From Halalkalibacterium halodurans (GTDB taxonomy: Bacteria; Bacillota; Bacilli; Bacillales; Bacillaceae_D): a stretch of 32,000 bases of DNA. The translations under genes were made by a program, and so were the position numbers. Below are positions 6,937-15,551 of the stretch, in pieces (position 1 is the stretch's first letter; each line of letters begins with the position of its first letter). The notes beneath the pieces are model-generated. The model had not been told where the DNA came from and ran no database searches. It worked only from the letters and a program-made list of their open reading frames with translations. The stretch covers positions 1-32,000 of the forward strand of contig NZ_SNUY01000032.1 in NCBI RefSeq assembly GCF_004376175.1, in the 5' to 3' direction.

Positions 6937-7650
6937 TCACACCATTTTATTGAATTCTTTTTGCAGCCGTTTGATGATTCGCTTCTCTAATCGAGAGATA
7001 TACGATTGTGAAATTCCAAGAAGGTCAGCTACATCTTTTTGCGTTTTTTCCTCCCCTCCCGCTAAGCCGAAGCGGAGTTCCATAATTTGCTTCTCCCGAT
7101 CGGTTAACGTATGTAAAGCTTTCATGAGCAGCTTACGATCGACCTTTTCTTCTATTCCACGAGTGATGATGTCATCATCGGTTCCAAGGACATCGGATAG
7201 AAGAAGCTCATTCCCATCCCAATCAATATTTAACGGTTCATCGAAAGACACTTCGGAACGGATTTTATTATTGCGACGCAGATACATGAGAATTTCATTT
7301 TCGATACAACGCGAAGCATAAGTGGCTAATTTAATTTTTTTCTCAGGGTTGAACGTATTCACTGCTTTAATTAAGCCAATCGTTCCGATGCTAATCAAAT
7401 CTTCAATGTTAATCCCCGTATTTTCAAACTTACGGGCGATGTAGACAACCAAACGCAAATTCCGTTCGATTAGCATGGAACGCACCGCCTTGTCACCACT
7501 CGGAAGCTTTTTGAGCAGGTGTGCCTCTTCCTCTTTTGAGAGAGGCGGGGGCAAGGCTTCACTCCCACCGATATAATAAATTTCATCTGCTTTCATCCCT
7601 AACCGGTACAACAGTCGATACCATATTAAAGTCGCTTTTAATTTCAACAA
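6937..7650 (-). CDS. sigE: Mother-cell pro-sigma-E
   Basis: (M)[41 protein letters not shown]...[68 protein letters not shown]... is near-identical to B. subtilis SigE, including the pro-sequence. TTG start with AAGGAGGAG upstream. Confidence 0.95.
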   Translation of the reverse strand: MLKLKATLIWYRLLYRLGMKADEIYYIGGSEALPPPLSKEEEAHLLKKLPSGDKAVRSMLIERNLRLVVYIARKFENTGINIEDLISIGTIGLIKAVNTFNPEKKIKLATYASRCIENEILMYLRRNNKIRSEVSFDEPLNIDWDGNELLLSDVLGTDDDIITRGIEEKVDRKLLMKALHTLTDREKQIMELRFGLAGGEEKTQKDVADLLGISQSYISRLEKRIIKRLQKEFNKMV

Positions 7651-7664
7651 CGAACGTCTCCTCC

Positions 7665-8582
7665 TTAGGCAAGTTTATCGGTTATTCCGTGAACGATCAT
7701 TTTCGGGTGAACGATACATTGGTACGTGTCCTCAGGCGATAGCGCCTTATCGTTTAAGCCGATCAGCACTTTAGACACAGTCATCCATTCCTCTTCATGT
7801 CGGATCCGTACACTGTCAGGCTTGAAAACAGCGAGCAACCGCTGTGGTTGTCCGACTACACGATAAGGAATAACAGACATCCGCCTCATAAACCGCTCAT
7901 CACCGTCTGTCGTTCCGATCGACTCAACATTTAGCATTTGCTCAATCCATTCGTCCGGTATTTGCCCACGTAGCACATCCGCTTGAATAATCATAACCGG
8001 TGCTTTCGTAAACGGGTCTTGCAACTGATTTCCGCTATCGATGATTCCCCGGATTGTCAGTTTCGATTGCTCGAGCCAAACTTCTACATCGACTAGTCGT
8101 TCATACTGAACTTTTTTCACTTCAATCGTCTCGAGACGTTGCTTTGAAAAATACCATACAAGAGGAAAACCAAGACAGACAAACAACCAGCTAATCCCAC
8201 TGCCAAAGGAGCCGCTTGTCAATGAGTGATCGGTTAAAAACGGAATTTCTGTTTGCCAAAAATAGTGAAGTGCGAACAATCCACCTCCTGTCATAAACGT
8301 AACGAAATAAAACATGAAAAGCGCTTGAAGAAAGAAACGCCAACGCTGATACCCAAATGCAATCCAAACAATGAGAGTTGAATAGAGCCCTTTGACGATC
8401 GGCTGGAGAAAGAAGTCCGCCACCGGGGTAAACATAAAGACAACGATGAGAGAAGCCACGAAGGAAGCACAGATAAACCGAAACTGCTGGAACGGTCGCT
8501 TCAGCAAAATTGCCGTCAAGGCAATAAGCAAATAATCAATGCACAAGTTGAGCAACCATATAACATCCGCATATAAGGTCAT
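7665..8582 (-). CDS. spoIIGA: Pro-sigma-E processing aspartic protease SpoIIGA
   Basis: [20 protein letters not shown]... is followed by five predicted TM segments and a C-terminal domain containing IDSGN. The gene is immediately upstream of sigE. I set the start at the ATG at 8582 (GAGGAGGAAGAG upstream). The track start at 8624 lies inside the promoter. Confidence 0.9.
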   Translation of the reverse strand: MTLYADVIWLLNLCIDYLLIALTAILLKRPFQQFRFICASFVASLIVVFMFTPVADFFLQPIVKGLYSTLIVWIAFGYQRWRFFLQALFMFYFVTFMTGGGLFALHYFWQTEIPFLTDHSLTSGSFGSGISWLFVCLGFPLVWYFSKQRLETIEVKKVQYERLVDVEVWLEQSKLTIRGIIDSGNQLQDPFTKAPVMIIQADVLRGQIPDEWIEQMLNVESIGTTDGDERFMRRMSVIPYRVVGQPQRLLAVFKPDSVRIRHEEEWMTVSKVLIGLNDKALSPEDTYQCIVHPKMIVHGITDKLA

Positions 8583-8612
8583 CTCTTCCTCCTCTTCCAT
8601 CAAGATGAACCT

Positions 8613-8646
8613 AGTATAAAACAAGAGAGAAGGGAAAGTCTGTCAG
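8613..8646 (-). promoter_or_regulatory. spoIIG-type promoter: CTGACA, 22-nt spacer, TATACT (over-long spacer)
   Basis: On the minus strand the -10 TATACT is at 8618-8613 and the -35-like CTGACA is at 8646-8641. I counted 22 nt between them. The site is 30 nt upstream of the spoIIGA ATG. The B. subtilis spoIIG promoter is known for a 22-bp spacer that needs Spo0A-P. Confidence 0.5.
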
Positions 8647-8758
8647 TTTATGACGGGGACAAGCTAGTTATTTTGAGAGATTTTCAGTTTTTTTGTCAGC
8701 GGGAAATATTGCCCAATAAATAAGCAATTGTAAGTATGAAAAGAGGCTGAGACAAAAC

Positions 8759-8782
8759 ACAGTTGCTAACAGCTGTTTTTTT
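8759..8782 (+). terminator. Intrinsic terminator-like hairpin with a run of seven T on the plus strand
   Basis: ACAGTTG-CTAA-CAGCTGT is followed by a T run (seven T at 8776-8782, the first shared with the stem). The stem is 7 bp. The T63.G72 wobble exists only in plus-strand RNA; it becomes an A.C mismatch on the minus strand. The minus-strand reading is followed by GUUUUGU, so weak bidirectional activity is possible. Confidence 0.45.
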
Positions 8783-8792
8783 ATAAAGGTTG

Positions 8793-8908
8793 ATTGTGTC
8801 AAAAATCACTCGCTTGCCGGGGGCAAGGCTTCAGTTAATCGGAGGAAATCGCCCGATGGATCTTCAGCTCTTGCTTTTCCCGCAGGCGTCTCGTACTTTG
8901 ACAATTAA
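8793..8908. repeat. About 115-nt GC-rich island bracketed by inverted repeats (MITE-like or structured element)
   Basis: ATTGTGTCAAA (8793-8803) and TTTGACAAT (8897-8905) form an inverted repeat with a 7-bp perfect core, TGTCAAA/TTTGACA. They bracket about 90 nt that is roughly 57% G+C by my count, set in clearly AT-rich flanks. Internal hairpins are CTTGCC-GGG-GGCAAG (8812-8826) and ATCGG...CCGAT (8839-8856). Confidence 0.4.
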
Positions 8909-9153
8909 CTTGAAAACGTCCGTCTAGTAATGCGTATACACAAAAAGAACACCTTCTGATAAAGTTAGTGTCACCACATTAAAACAGAATCGGTTGTATC
9001 CTTATGTTTAAACATGACAACATGATTCAAGTGATAGTACCCTTAAGAATTTAATCTTGCGCTGGATATGGCAGTGTGAATGTGAAGCTGGTTTAGGGTG
9101 CCCATTCCATACGAAGTGCCCAAAGCAAGGAAGGAAACCATCGGAGTTAATTG

Positions 9154-9198
9154 AAAAAAGGTTCGGATCATCAAAAGAAAATGATCCGAACCTTTTTT
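9154..9198. terminator. Bidirectional intrinsic terminator downstream of ftsZ
   Basis: The sequence is six A, GGTTCGGATCAT, a 9-nt loop, ATGATCCGAACC, then six T. The 12-bp stem is perfect. It lies 37 nt past the ftsZ stop. Confidence 0.85.
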
Positions 9199-9234
9199 AT
9201 TACGTTTGGCTAATTTTGTCCCAGTCTCTTAACG

Positions 9235-10383
9235 TTATCTTGATTTCCGCCGGCGATTTCGTAAAAAGGCCGGAATGTCTAATGTATCAAGTGACTCGTT
9301 GTCATCGGCTTCAGGCTGTGAAGTAAAGCGAGGTTCTTTCTTCTCCGCTTCTTTCTCCTTCGACTTCAACGGTTGTTTTGGTGCCGCCTGCCGGTTAAAG
9401 TTGCTTTGTTGTTGGGCACGGCGATTTTCTGCATCATCAAAACCTGTGGCAATGACAGTTACAACAATTTCATCTTTCAAATCTTCATTAATAACTGAAC
9501 CAAAGATCATGTTGACTTCTGCGTCCGATGCAGCAGAAACTATTTCCGCCGCTTCATGAACCTCATACAAGCTTAAGTTGGAGCCGCCTGTAATGTTCAT
9601 TAACACCCCTTGAGCTCCGTCTAAAGACGTTTCGAGCAATGGGCTGGAAATCGCTTTTTTCGCGGCTTCACCCGCTCGGTTCTCACCAGTGGCAATCCCG
9701 ATTCCCATGAGGGCAGAACCTTTATCTTTCATAATCGTTTTTACGTCCGCAAAGTCAAGGTTGATTAATCCAGGCGTCGCGATCAGATCGGAAATCCCTT
9801 GAACCCCTTGACGAAGCACATTATCAGCCTCACGGAACGCTTCCAACATTGGCGTGTTCTTGTCGACAATTTCAAGCAAGCGATCATTCGGAATGACGAT
9901 TAGTGTGTCTACTTTCTCCTTCAAAGCAGCAATCCCTGCCGCTGCCTGAGTGGAACGTTTTCGCCCTTCAAACGTAAACGGACGTGTCACCACACCAACC
10001 GTTAACGCGCCAATCTCTTTTGCCACTTCAGCAATGACAGGTGCAGCACCTGTACCTGTGCCGCCTCCCATACCAGCTGTAATAAACACCATATCAGCAC
10101 CTTGAAGAGCTTCTTCAATTTGCTCACGGCTTTCTTCCGCCGCTTTTTTCCCGATCTCAGGATTAGCTCCAGCACCTAGCCCTCGCGTCAGTTTACCACC
10201 TAATTGTAGCTTCACTTCCGCTTTAGAAAGGTGGAGCGCTTGGGCATCGGTATTCACAGAAATAAAATCAACGCCTTGCAAGCCATTTTCAATCATTCGG
10301 TTTACCGCGTTGCTTCCGCCTCCGCCGACACCGATTACTTTAATCTGTGCTAATTGATCCATATCCATTTCAAACTCTAACAT
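9235..10383 (-). CDS. ftsZ: Tubulin-like cell-division GTPase FtsZ
   Basis: [32 protein letters not shown]...[14 protein letters not shown]... is present, with the C-terminal [11 protein letters not shown] peptide. Confidence 0.98.
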   Translation of the reverse strand: MLEFEMDMDQLAQIKVIGVGGGGSNAVNRMIENGLQGVDFISVNTDAQALHLSKAEVKLQLGGKLTRGLGAGANPEIGKKAAEESREQIEEALQGADMVFITAGMGGGTGTGAAPVIAEVAKEIGALTVGVVTRPFTFEGRKRSTQAAAGIAALKEKVDTLIVIPNDRLLEIVDKNTPMLEAFREADNVLRQGVQGISDLIATPGLINLDFADVKTIMKDKGSALMGIGIATGENRAGEAAKKAISSPLLETSLDGAQGVLMNITGGSNLSLYEVHEAAEIVSAASDAEVNMIFGSVINEDLKDEIVVTVIATGFDDAENRRAQQQSNFNRQAAPKQPLKSKEKEAEKKEPRFTSQPEADDNESLDTLDIPAFLRNRRRKSR

Positions 10384-10434
10384 GTCAGGTCCCCCTAATC
10401 AAACAATTGTCCCATTTGCACTTCCGATTTCATC

Positions 10435-11712
10435 CTACTCCAAAAAGACTTTGAACCAGTTTTTCACCTTTGATTTGACCCCTGGACCTTCATTTGTGCG
10501 AGACCGCTCTTTCTCCTTTTTAGGCCTTTGTTCTTGTTCGGCCCCAGCCTCCGCAACTGCAGCAGCAACTTCTTTTCCTTGAATTTTTACGTTTTTATAC
10601 GCAAACTGGATTAATCCAACGCCCGTCGTATATTGTGGTTCACGAACACCAATATAATCAGGAATAGCGACGCGCACGTTACGGCCGAGCGTCTCCTTCG
10701 CCAGTTCAAGAACTCCCGGCATCATCACCGACCCACCAGTGAGAACAAAGCCACCAGGGAAATCATGCTGTCCTAGGCGTCTTAGCTCACGGTTAATGAG
10801 CTCAAACATTTCTTCCATTCTCGGCTCGATGATGTGGGCAAGCTCAAATTGAGAAAAAGCCTCTGGCTCTGTGCTACCGATTGCTTTCACCTCAAATCGG
10901 TCTTCTTCCGATGCTTCGTCTATGTACGCATGTCCATGCGTATGCTTGATTTTGATAGCTTCTTCTGTAGAAATTCGCAAACCAACGGCAATATCATTTG
11001 TTACATGGTCCCCGCCTACAGGAATGACAGAAGTATCTACCAAGCTTCCTTGTTCGAAGCATGAAATGGTCATTGACCCTCCGCCAATATCGATCAGACA
11101 AACGCCTAGGCTTTTCTCATCTTTTGAAATGGCTACAGATCCGGCCGCTAATGCTTGTAGACAAATATCCGCAACCTCTAACCCTGCACGTTCCACACAT
11201 CTTAATAGGTTATGTAATAACGTTTTTGATCCTGTAATGATCGTCCCTTCCATCTCCAAACGGACGCCGATCATTCCTCGAGGGTCATTGATTTCGTCGA
11301 GGCCATCCACGATGAATTGTTTCGGAATCACATCAATAATTTCCCGCTCTGGTGGAATTGAGACGACTTGTGCGGCGTCGATCACCCTTGCAATGTCCTC
11401 ATCTCCAATTTCTCGATCTGGGCTTGAAACAGCTACCACTCCATGGCAAGGCTGGAGCTGCACGTGATTTCCATTGACACCGACAATGACCTGTCGTATC
11501 GAAAGACCGACCATCCTCTCTGCCTGTTCAACTGCTCTGCGAATGGATCGCACGGTTTCATCAATATCAACGATCGAGCCTTTCTTTATTCCTTCAGATG
11601 GTGCATTCCCAACACCAATGATGTTAATTGAACCATCTGTAATTTCTCCAATGATGATTCGAACATTGGATGTACCGATGTCTAAACTCACATATATCTC
11701 ATTGTTGTTCAA
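10435..11712 (-). CDS. ftsA: Actin-like cell-division protein FtsA
   Basis: (M)NNNEIYVSLDIGTSNVRIIIGE...KKGSIVDIDETV.SIR.A..QAERMVG... matches B. subtilis FtsA. TTG start with AAAGGAGGTG 7 nt upstream. The C-terminal amphipathic tail is KNWFKVFLE. Confidence 0.97.
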   Translation of the reverse strand: MNNNEIYVSLDIGTSNVRIIIGEITDGSINIIGVGNAPSEGIKKGSIVDIDETVRSIRRAVEQAERMVGLSIRQVIVGVNGNHVQLQPCHGVVAVSSPDREIGDEDIARVIDAAQVVSIPPEREIIDVIPKQFIVDGLDEINDPRGMIGVRLEMEGTIITGSKTLLHNLLRCVERAGLEVADICLQALAAGSVAISKDEKSLGVCLIDIGGGSMTISCFEQGSLVDTSVIPVGGDHVTNDIAVGLRISTEEAIKIKHTHGHAYIDEASEEDRFEVKAIGSTEPEAFSQFELAHIIEPRMEEMFELINRELRRLGQHDFPGGFVLTGGSVMMPGVLELAKETLGRNVRVAIPDYIGVREPQYTTGVGLIQFAYKNVKIQGKEVAAAVAEAGAEQEQRPKKEKERSRTNEGPGVKSKVKNWFKVFLE

Positions 11713-11803
11713 TCTGTGGCACCTCCTTTAATAATCTGTTTTCCAATGAGGCTTGTCCTATTATTCTAAAGAAACTTTTAGAAAACGTATAGAATTACGT
11801 AAC

Positions 11804-11832
11804 TTATTCAACAGAATAAGTGCCGTTTCCTT
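11804..11832 (-). promoter_or_regulatory. Candidate sigma-H-type promoter upstream of ftsA: AAAGGAAA, 13-nt spacer, GTTGAATAA
   Basis: Read on the minus strand, in the position where B. subtilis ftsAZ has its sigma-H P2 promoter. The spacing is 1 nt longer than the 11-12 nt I remember for the consensus RnAGGwWW-N11-12-RnnGAATww. Confidence 0.3.
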
Positions 11833-11911
11833 TCTTTTTCTTAAAAAGAAAAGACATCTTCGAATCTTTCATGCTACGTCCCTCAAAAACGAGGTCAATA
11901 GATGTAACAGA

Positions 11912-12265
11912 TCAAGGCGTCTCTCGCCGACTTTGAAAACGTGAGAGCATCATTCTCCGGATAACGGCGATGTTATTAAACAGGCGGACGCCAAATGCAA
12001 AAATGGCTGCTAAGTATAAGTCTACACCAAGATACACACCTAGAAAAGCCAAACTTGCGGCTAATATAATATTAAAGAAAAAACCAGACAAAAAGACGTA
12101 TGTGTCAAAAGTGTCTTGAAGTTGTGCACGAATCCCACCAAAAAGCGTATCAAGGGCAGCTAATACCGCAATGGATAAATAATTTGTATACGCATCTGGT
12201 ACGCGAAAATCGGAAAATAGGCCTAGTAATATCCCGATTAGCAGTCCAACAATTGGCAACCACAT
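11912..12265 (-). CDS. sbp: Small basic protein Sbp (DUF1290)
   Basis: MWLPIVGLLIGILLGL...YLSIAVLAALDTLFGGIRAQL...GFFFNIILA.SLAFLGV.LGVDLYLA.IFAFGVRLF.NIAVIRR matches B. subtilis Sbp. I prefer the ATG at 12265 (GGAGGAG 9 nt upstream) over the track GTG at 12271. Confidence 0.9.
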   Translation of the reverse strand: MWLPIVGLLIGILLGLFSDFRVPDAYTNYLSIAVLAALDTLFGGIRAQLQDTFDTYVFLSGFFFNIILAASLAFLGVYLGVDLYLAAIFAFGVRLFNNIAVIRRMMLSRFQSRRETP

Positions 12266-12271
12266 GTTCAC

Positions 12272-12988
12272 CTACTCCTCCTTTACTTCTTCCATAAAGC
12301 GCACCCTCGGCGTTTGATCAAAAGCTGGTAGGGTTATCTCGTCTCTTATCTCAAACTCAAGCTGTAACCCTTCAATCTCAGCTAACTCGACAGCGGCGGA
12401 CACGACCATTTGATTATGAAGTCGCTCCACATCATCACTTAAAACTTTTACTTCGATCGGCAATGGTGGGAGTCTCCGCGTATTCACTTGCGTCGTACCA
12501 TTCACCTCATAAAAAGTAGAGGTTGAAATGATCCGTTCCGTTCCAATCGCTATTTCCTTCGCTTGATAGATGTTCAGCTCGTTTAGCAAGGAGCGGAGGA
12601 AATCTGGTGAGACATTCTGGCTTGTTGAACCTACATAGGCATCATTTTCGTAAAGTGACTTGATCGTAATTACGAGCCCTTCCCCCGATACCTCAGTAAG
12701 CCCGGCACTTTCTCGTAACGTTTCGATCTGCTCCTCAATCACACTATCTATCTCTTGCTGCTCTTCTAAGGATTGTCGATATTGTGAAAGTAAGGATTCC
12801 GTATTTTCGATCTCATCGGCCAGTTGCTGTCTCTTTTCTTGCTCCTGCACCAATTCCTGCCGTAATTCTCGAACATCTCGTGTATCACGGACAACCGGCT
12901 CCTTTGTCGTTTGAAAAAGAACCGCTAGCATGAAGCCAATCAGCAAGGTAACAATTGTGAATGTCCATTTTCGTTCCATCTTTCTCAT
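12272..12988 (-). CDS. ylxX: DUF881-family division/sporulation-associated membrane protein YlxX
   Basis: It has an N-terminal TM segment, a coiled-coil region, and the DUF881 C-terminal domain. It is a paralogue of the upstream gene. Its ATG overlaps the ylxW stop (ATGA). The position before sbp is conserved. Confidence 0.8.
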   Translation of the reverse strand: MRKMERKWTFTIVTLLIGFMLAVLFQTTKEPVVRDTRDVRELRQELVQEQEKRQQLADEIENTESLLSQYRQSLEEQQEIDSVIEEQIETLRESAGLTEVSGEGLVITIKSLYENDAYVGSTSQNVSPDFLRSLLNELNIYQAKEIAIGTERIISTSTFYEVNGTTQVNTRRLPPLPIEVKVLSDDVERLHNQMVVSAAVELAEIEGLQLEFEIRDEITLPAFDQTPRVRFMEEVKEE

Positions 12989-13707
12989 CTTCTTTCAGTT
13001 AGATAAGGGTCTAGAACAATCGTGCTTTTCTCTTCAACCCTCACCTCGATTGAATCATCTAATAAAAAGTCTTGGACGCCACCTGGAAGCTCAAAGGAAC
13101 TTTTCATGACTGAAGGATCACCAACCGCTGAAATAGTAAATGGTGCATACGAACGATTACCATCCACTGTAATGACAGGACCTACACATTGAATGTACGA
13201 TTGATGTGACAAACGGTAGCCATTAATCGCAACCGCCTCCGCCCCTGCCACAAGCAAAACATCGACTACCTTTTGAACATGGTGCTCATGAACAATATAG
13301 TTGTTAGGGTCCCCTTCTTCAGGAATGTATGAGCTGTCATCAAGGGTGATCTCGATCCCCTGTCCTTGGACAGGAACAGCTCCAGTAATTTTACGAAGCT
13401 TTTCCACGTCTTCTATTAAATTGGCCGTACGAATTTCTGAGCGTTCAGTGGCAGAAGCGATCTCTTCTTCAAGCTCCCGCACTTCTGATTGCAAATTGCG
13501 CAAATCTTCCTGCAACGATCGATTGATTGTTTGCTCTAACAGAATACGATTGCGAAGCTCGTCCTCATACCGCCATTGACTCGTATTTCGCTCGCCTTGG
13601 TTCGCTAATTGCTCACTGGCTAACTCATAGCTCAAAGCAAGAATAAAGCCCGTAACGAGGAAGACTAGCGACAGGAGTACATGTTTACTTCTAACTTTCC
13701 ACTTCAA
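12985..13707 (-). CDS. ylxW: DUF881-family membrane protein YlxW
   Basis: GQG.E.TLDDSSYIPEG...NYIVHE.H...VV..L...GAEAVA.NG.RL...SYI.C.GPV.TVDG...APF.ISA.GDP resembles B. subtilis YlxW. I prefer the TTG at 13707 (GGAGGA 8 nt upstream). The track TTG at 13749 has no SD. The gene overlaps the end of divIB by 17 nt. Confidence 0.8.
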   Translation of the reverse strand: MKWKVRSKHVLLSLVFLVTGFILALSYELASEQLANQGERNTSQWRYEDELRNRILLEQTINRSLQEDLRNLQSEVRELEEEIASATERSEIRTANLIEDVEKLRKITGAVPVQGQGIEITLDDSSYIPEEGDPNNYIVHEHHVQKVVDVLLVAGAEAVAINGYRLSHQSYIQCVGPVITVDGNRSYAPFTISAVGDPSVMKSSFELPGGVQDFLLDDSIEVRVEEKSTIVLDPYLTERR

Positions 13708-14479
13708 CCTCCTGATCCTCCTCTTCCTCTGGAATGTTAAACGACTCAAAATATGGACTCATTCTCATGTGTAAAATCCCTTCAGCATCCGGGTCGAGCT
13801 CTTTCACAACCACTGGATAAGGAGCCATATATTCCGCGAATTGACGAATCGTGGACTGAACGATAAGGCCGTCGTTCATATACAGGGTGATACGTAATGG
13901 ATCTCCATCATTGGGCGTATGATAAATTTCCGATATTCGTTGCACCACTCGATCCGGCATCTCATTTAGCTCGGCTGCTAACTCTTTCACAAGTGAGAGC
14001 TGATCCCAATTGACTAAAATAGGAGCATCTGCCGGAACTTTATATTTCGGCAGTTCGGATAAAAATGAACCTGACTCTAAAATCGGGAAATATTGATCCT
14101 CTTGAAACAAGTATGCAACTCGTTCGTACTCCTTCACTTCAAGAACGACCGTATTAGGGAGTACTCTATGCCACTCTATTGCTTCTACTTCCTCAAGCGA
14201 TTCCACATTTGCCTTTAATTGCTCATCAGAGATGCTCCAAATGCTTGTCTCATTTGAAAGTTTACTTGCTTCAATGATCGCGTCATCATCAACAAATTGA
14301 TTCCCTTCAACTTTAATGCTACGGATGTGACTTAGCGGAGACTGAAAATAAATCACAAGGAGGAGCAAGAGAAAGAAGAACGATAGGAAGAAGATGAGCC
14401 TGCGATTCGCTCGCTGTTTTCTTTGTTCTTTTAACGATGGAATTCGTTCATGAATCGTAACAACTTTCTCATCTCCCAT
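13691..14479 (-). CDS. divIB: Cell-division protein DivIB (FtsQ homologue)
   Basis: It has a basic N-terminus, a single TM segment (LIFFLSFFFLLLLLVIYF), POTRA-like I..I.V.GN and an extracytoplasmic domain. The position between murB and ylxW is conserved. Confidence 0.88.
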   Translation of the reverse strand: MGDEKVVTIHERIPSLKEQRKQRANRRLIFFLSFFFLLLLLVIYFQSPLSHIRSIKVEGNQFVDDDAIIEASKLSNETSIWSISDEQLKANVESLEEVEAIEWHRVLPNTVVLEVKEYERVAYLFQEDQYFPILESGSFLSELPKYKVPADAPILVNWDQLSLVKELAAELNEMPDRVVQRISEIYHTPNDGDPLRITLYMNDGLIVQSTIRQFAEYMAPYPVVVKELDPDAEGILHMRMSPYFESFNIPEEEEDQEVEVES

Positions 14480-14574
14480 AACCGTCCCCCCATCTGACGT
14501 TATACTTTAATAATCGGCATATTTGCCTGCAACTTTTATCCTTGAAGCTTAAATCAAACCCATGTGAACGTTTT

Positions 14575-15480
14575 TTACCGTTCTCCGATCAGTTCGACTT
14601 CTGTTTCCATGTTAATTTGGTATTGCTTTTGAATGGTATCTTTTACGTGATGAATGAGTGCGAGCACATCAGCTGCCTTGGCATCTCCAGTGTTTACGAT
14701 AAAATTAGCGTGCATCGTCGAAATTTGCGCTCCTCCAATTTGGTATCCTTTTAAGCCAGCTTTTTCAATCAACTGTCCTGCATATTCAGGAAGAGGGTTA
14801 CGAAACACGCTCCCACACGTTGGATGATTCCACGGCTGGGTGTCACGGCGATAGTCTTTGTTTTTTTGGAGCTTCTTTTTAATGTCTTCCTTGTCGCCTC
14901 GTGTTAGTGAAAAAATGGCTTCTACACATATTCCGTCATTTTTTTGTAATAACGATGTGCGATATGAAAAGGCCATCTCTTCGTTCGTTAACCAGCGGAG
15001 TGTCCCGTCTGGGAACAACACATGCGCCTTCGTCAAAATTTGTGATATGTCTGAGCCATGGGCTCCTGCATTCATAAAAACGGCACCGCCGACAGACCCA
15101 GGGATGCCCGCAGCAAATTCGAGACCTGCCAAGCCTTGCCGACTGATCACCGTTGCCAGTTTGACCACTGGATATCCTGCTCCGACCGTGATTGATTCAC
15201 CGTTTACTTCCAAATGATCAAGGCCTTTATCTAGTTTGACCGTCACCCCACGCAACCCTTTATCCGATACTAGAATATTTGAACCACGACCAATCACCCG
15301 CCATTTACATCCTGTCTCTTGAATGAGCTTCATCGTTTTTTTAAGACCTTCTATGTCGTTTGGAATGACAAAAACATCGGCAGGTCCACCAATTTTCCAC
15401 GTCGTATGATGAGCCAGAGATTCATTCACCCGTACTTCTCCTACTTGAAGGGCACGTAAGCTTTCCACTAGTTGTTCCAT
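14575..15480 (-). CDS. murB: UDP-N-acetylenolpyruvoylglucosamine reductase MurB
   Basis: Has the FAD-binding L..HTT.K.GGPAD, GRGSN.LV.D.G.RG and GSVGGAV.MNAGA.G motifs, and CGSVFRNP. Confidence 0.95.
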   Translation of the reverse strand: MEQLVESLRALQVGEVRVNESLAHHTTWKIGGPADVFVIPNDIEGLKKTMKLIQETGCKWRVIGRGSNILVSDKGLRGVTVKLDKGLDHLEVNGESITVGAGYPVVKLATVISRQGLAGLEFAAGIPGSVGGAVFMNAGAHGSDISQILTKAHVLFPDGTLRWLTNEEMAFSYRTSLLQKNDGICVEAIFSLTRGDKEDIKKKLQKNKDYRRDTQPWNHPTCGSVFRNPLPEYAGQLIEKAGLKGYQIGGAQISTMHANFIVNTGDAKAADVLALIHHVKDTIQKQYQINMETEVELIGER

Positions 15481-15551
15481 CTATTCAAACCCCTTTTCTC
15501 TTCAAAACATATACGCCTTACATAAAATGAAATGTAGTAGTCTGAGGTGAT

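Noticed and set aside
9057-9326. An 89-aa plus-strand ORF starting in the ftsZ-spoIIGA gap.
   Set aside because: It reads straight through the strong bidirectional terminator at 9154-9198 and then runs antisense into the ftsZ 3' end. It has a TTG start without an SD.
10871-11467. A 198-aa plus-strand ORF antisense to ftsA. Similar long plus-strand ORFs exist at 5060-5425, 4476-4820, 6950-7321, 14858-15217, 28073-28414, 29128-29469 and elsewhere.
   Set aside because: All lie entirely inside well-supported minus-strand genes. They have low-complexity Ser/Pro/Thr-rich translations, no SD, and no family I recognise. They are typical shadow ORFs on the antisense strand of real genes.
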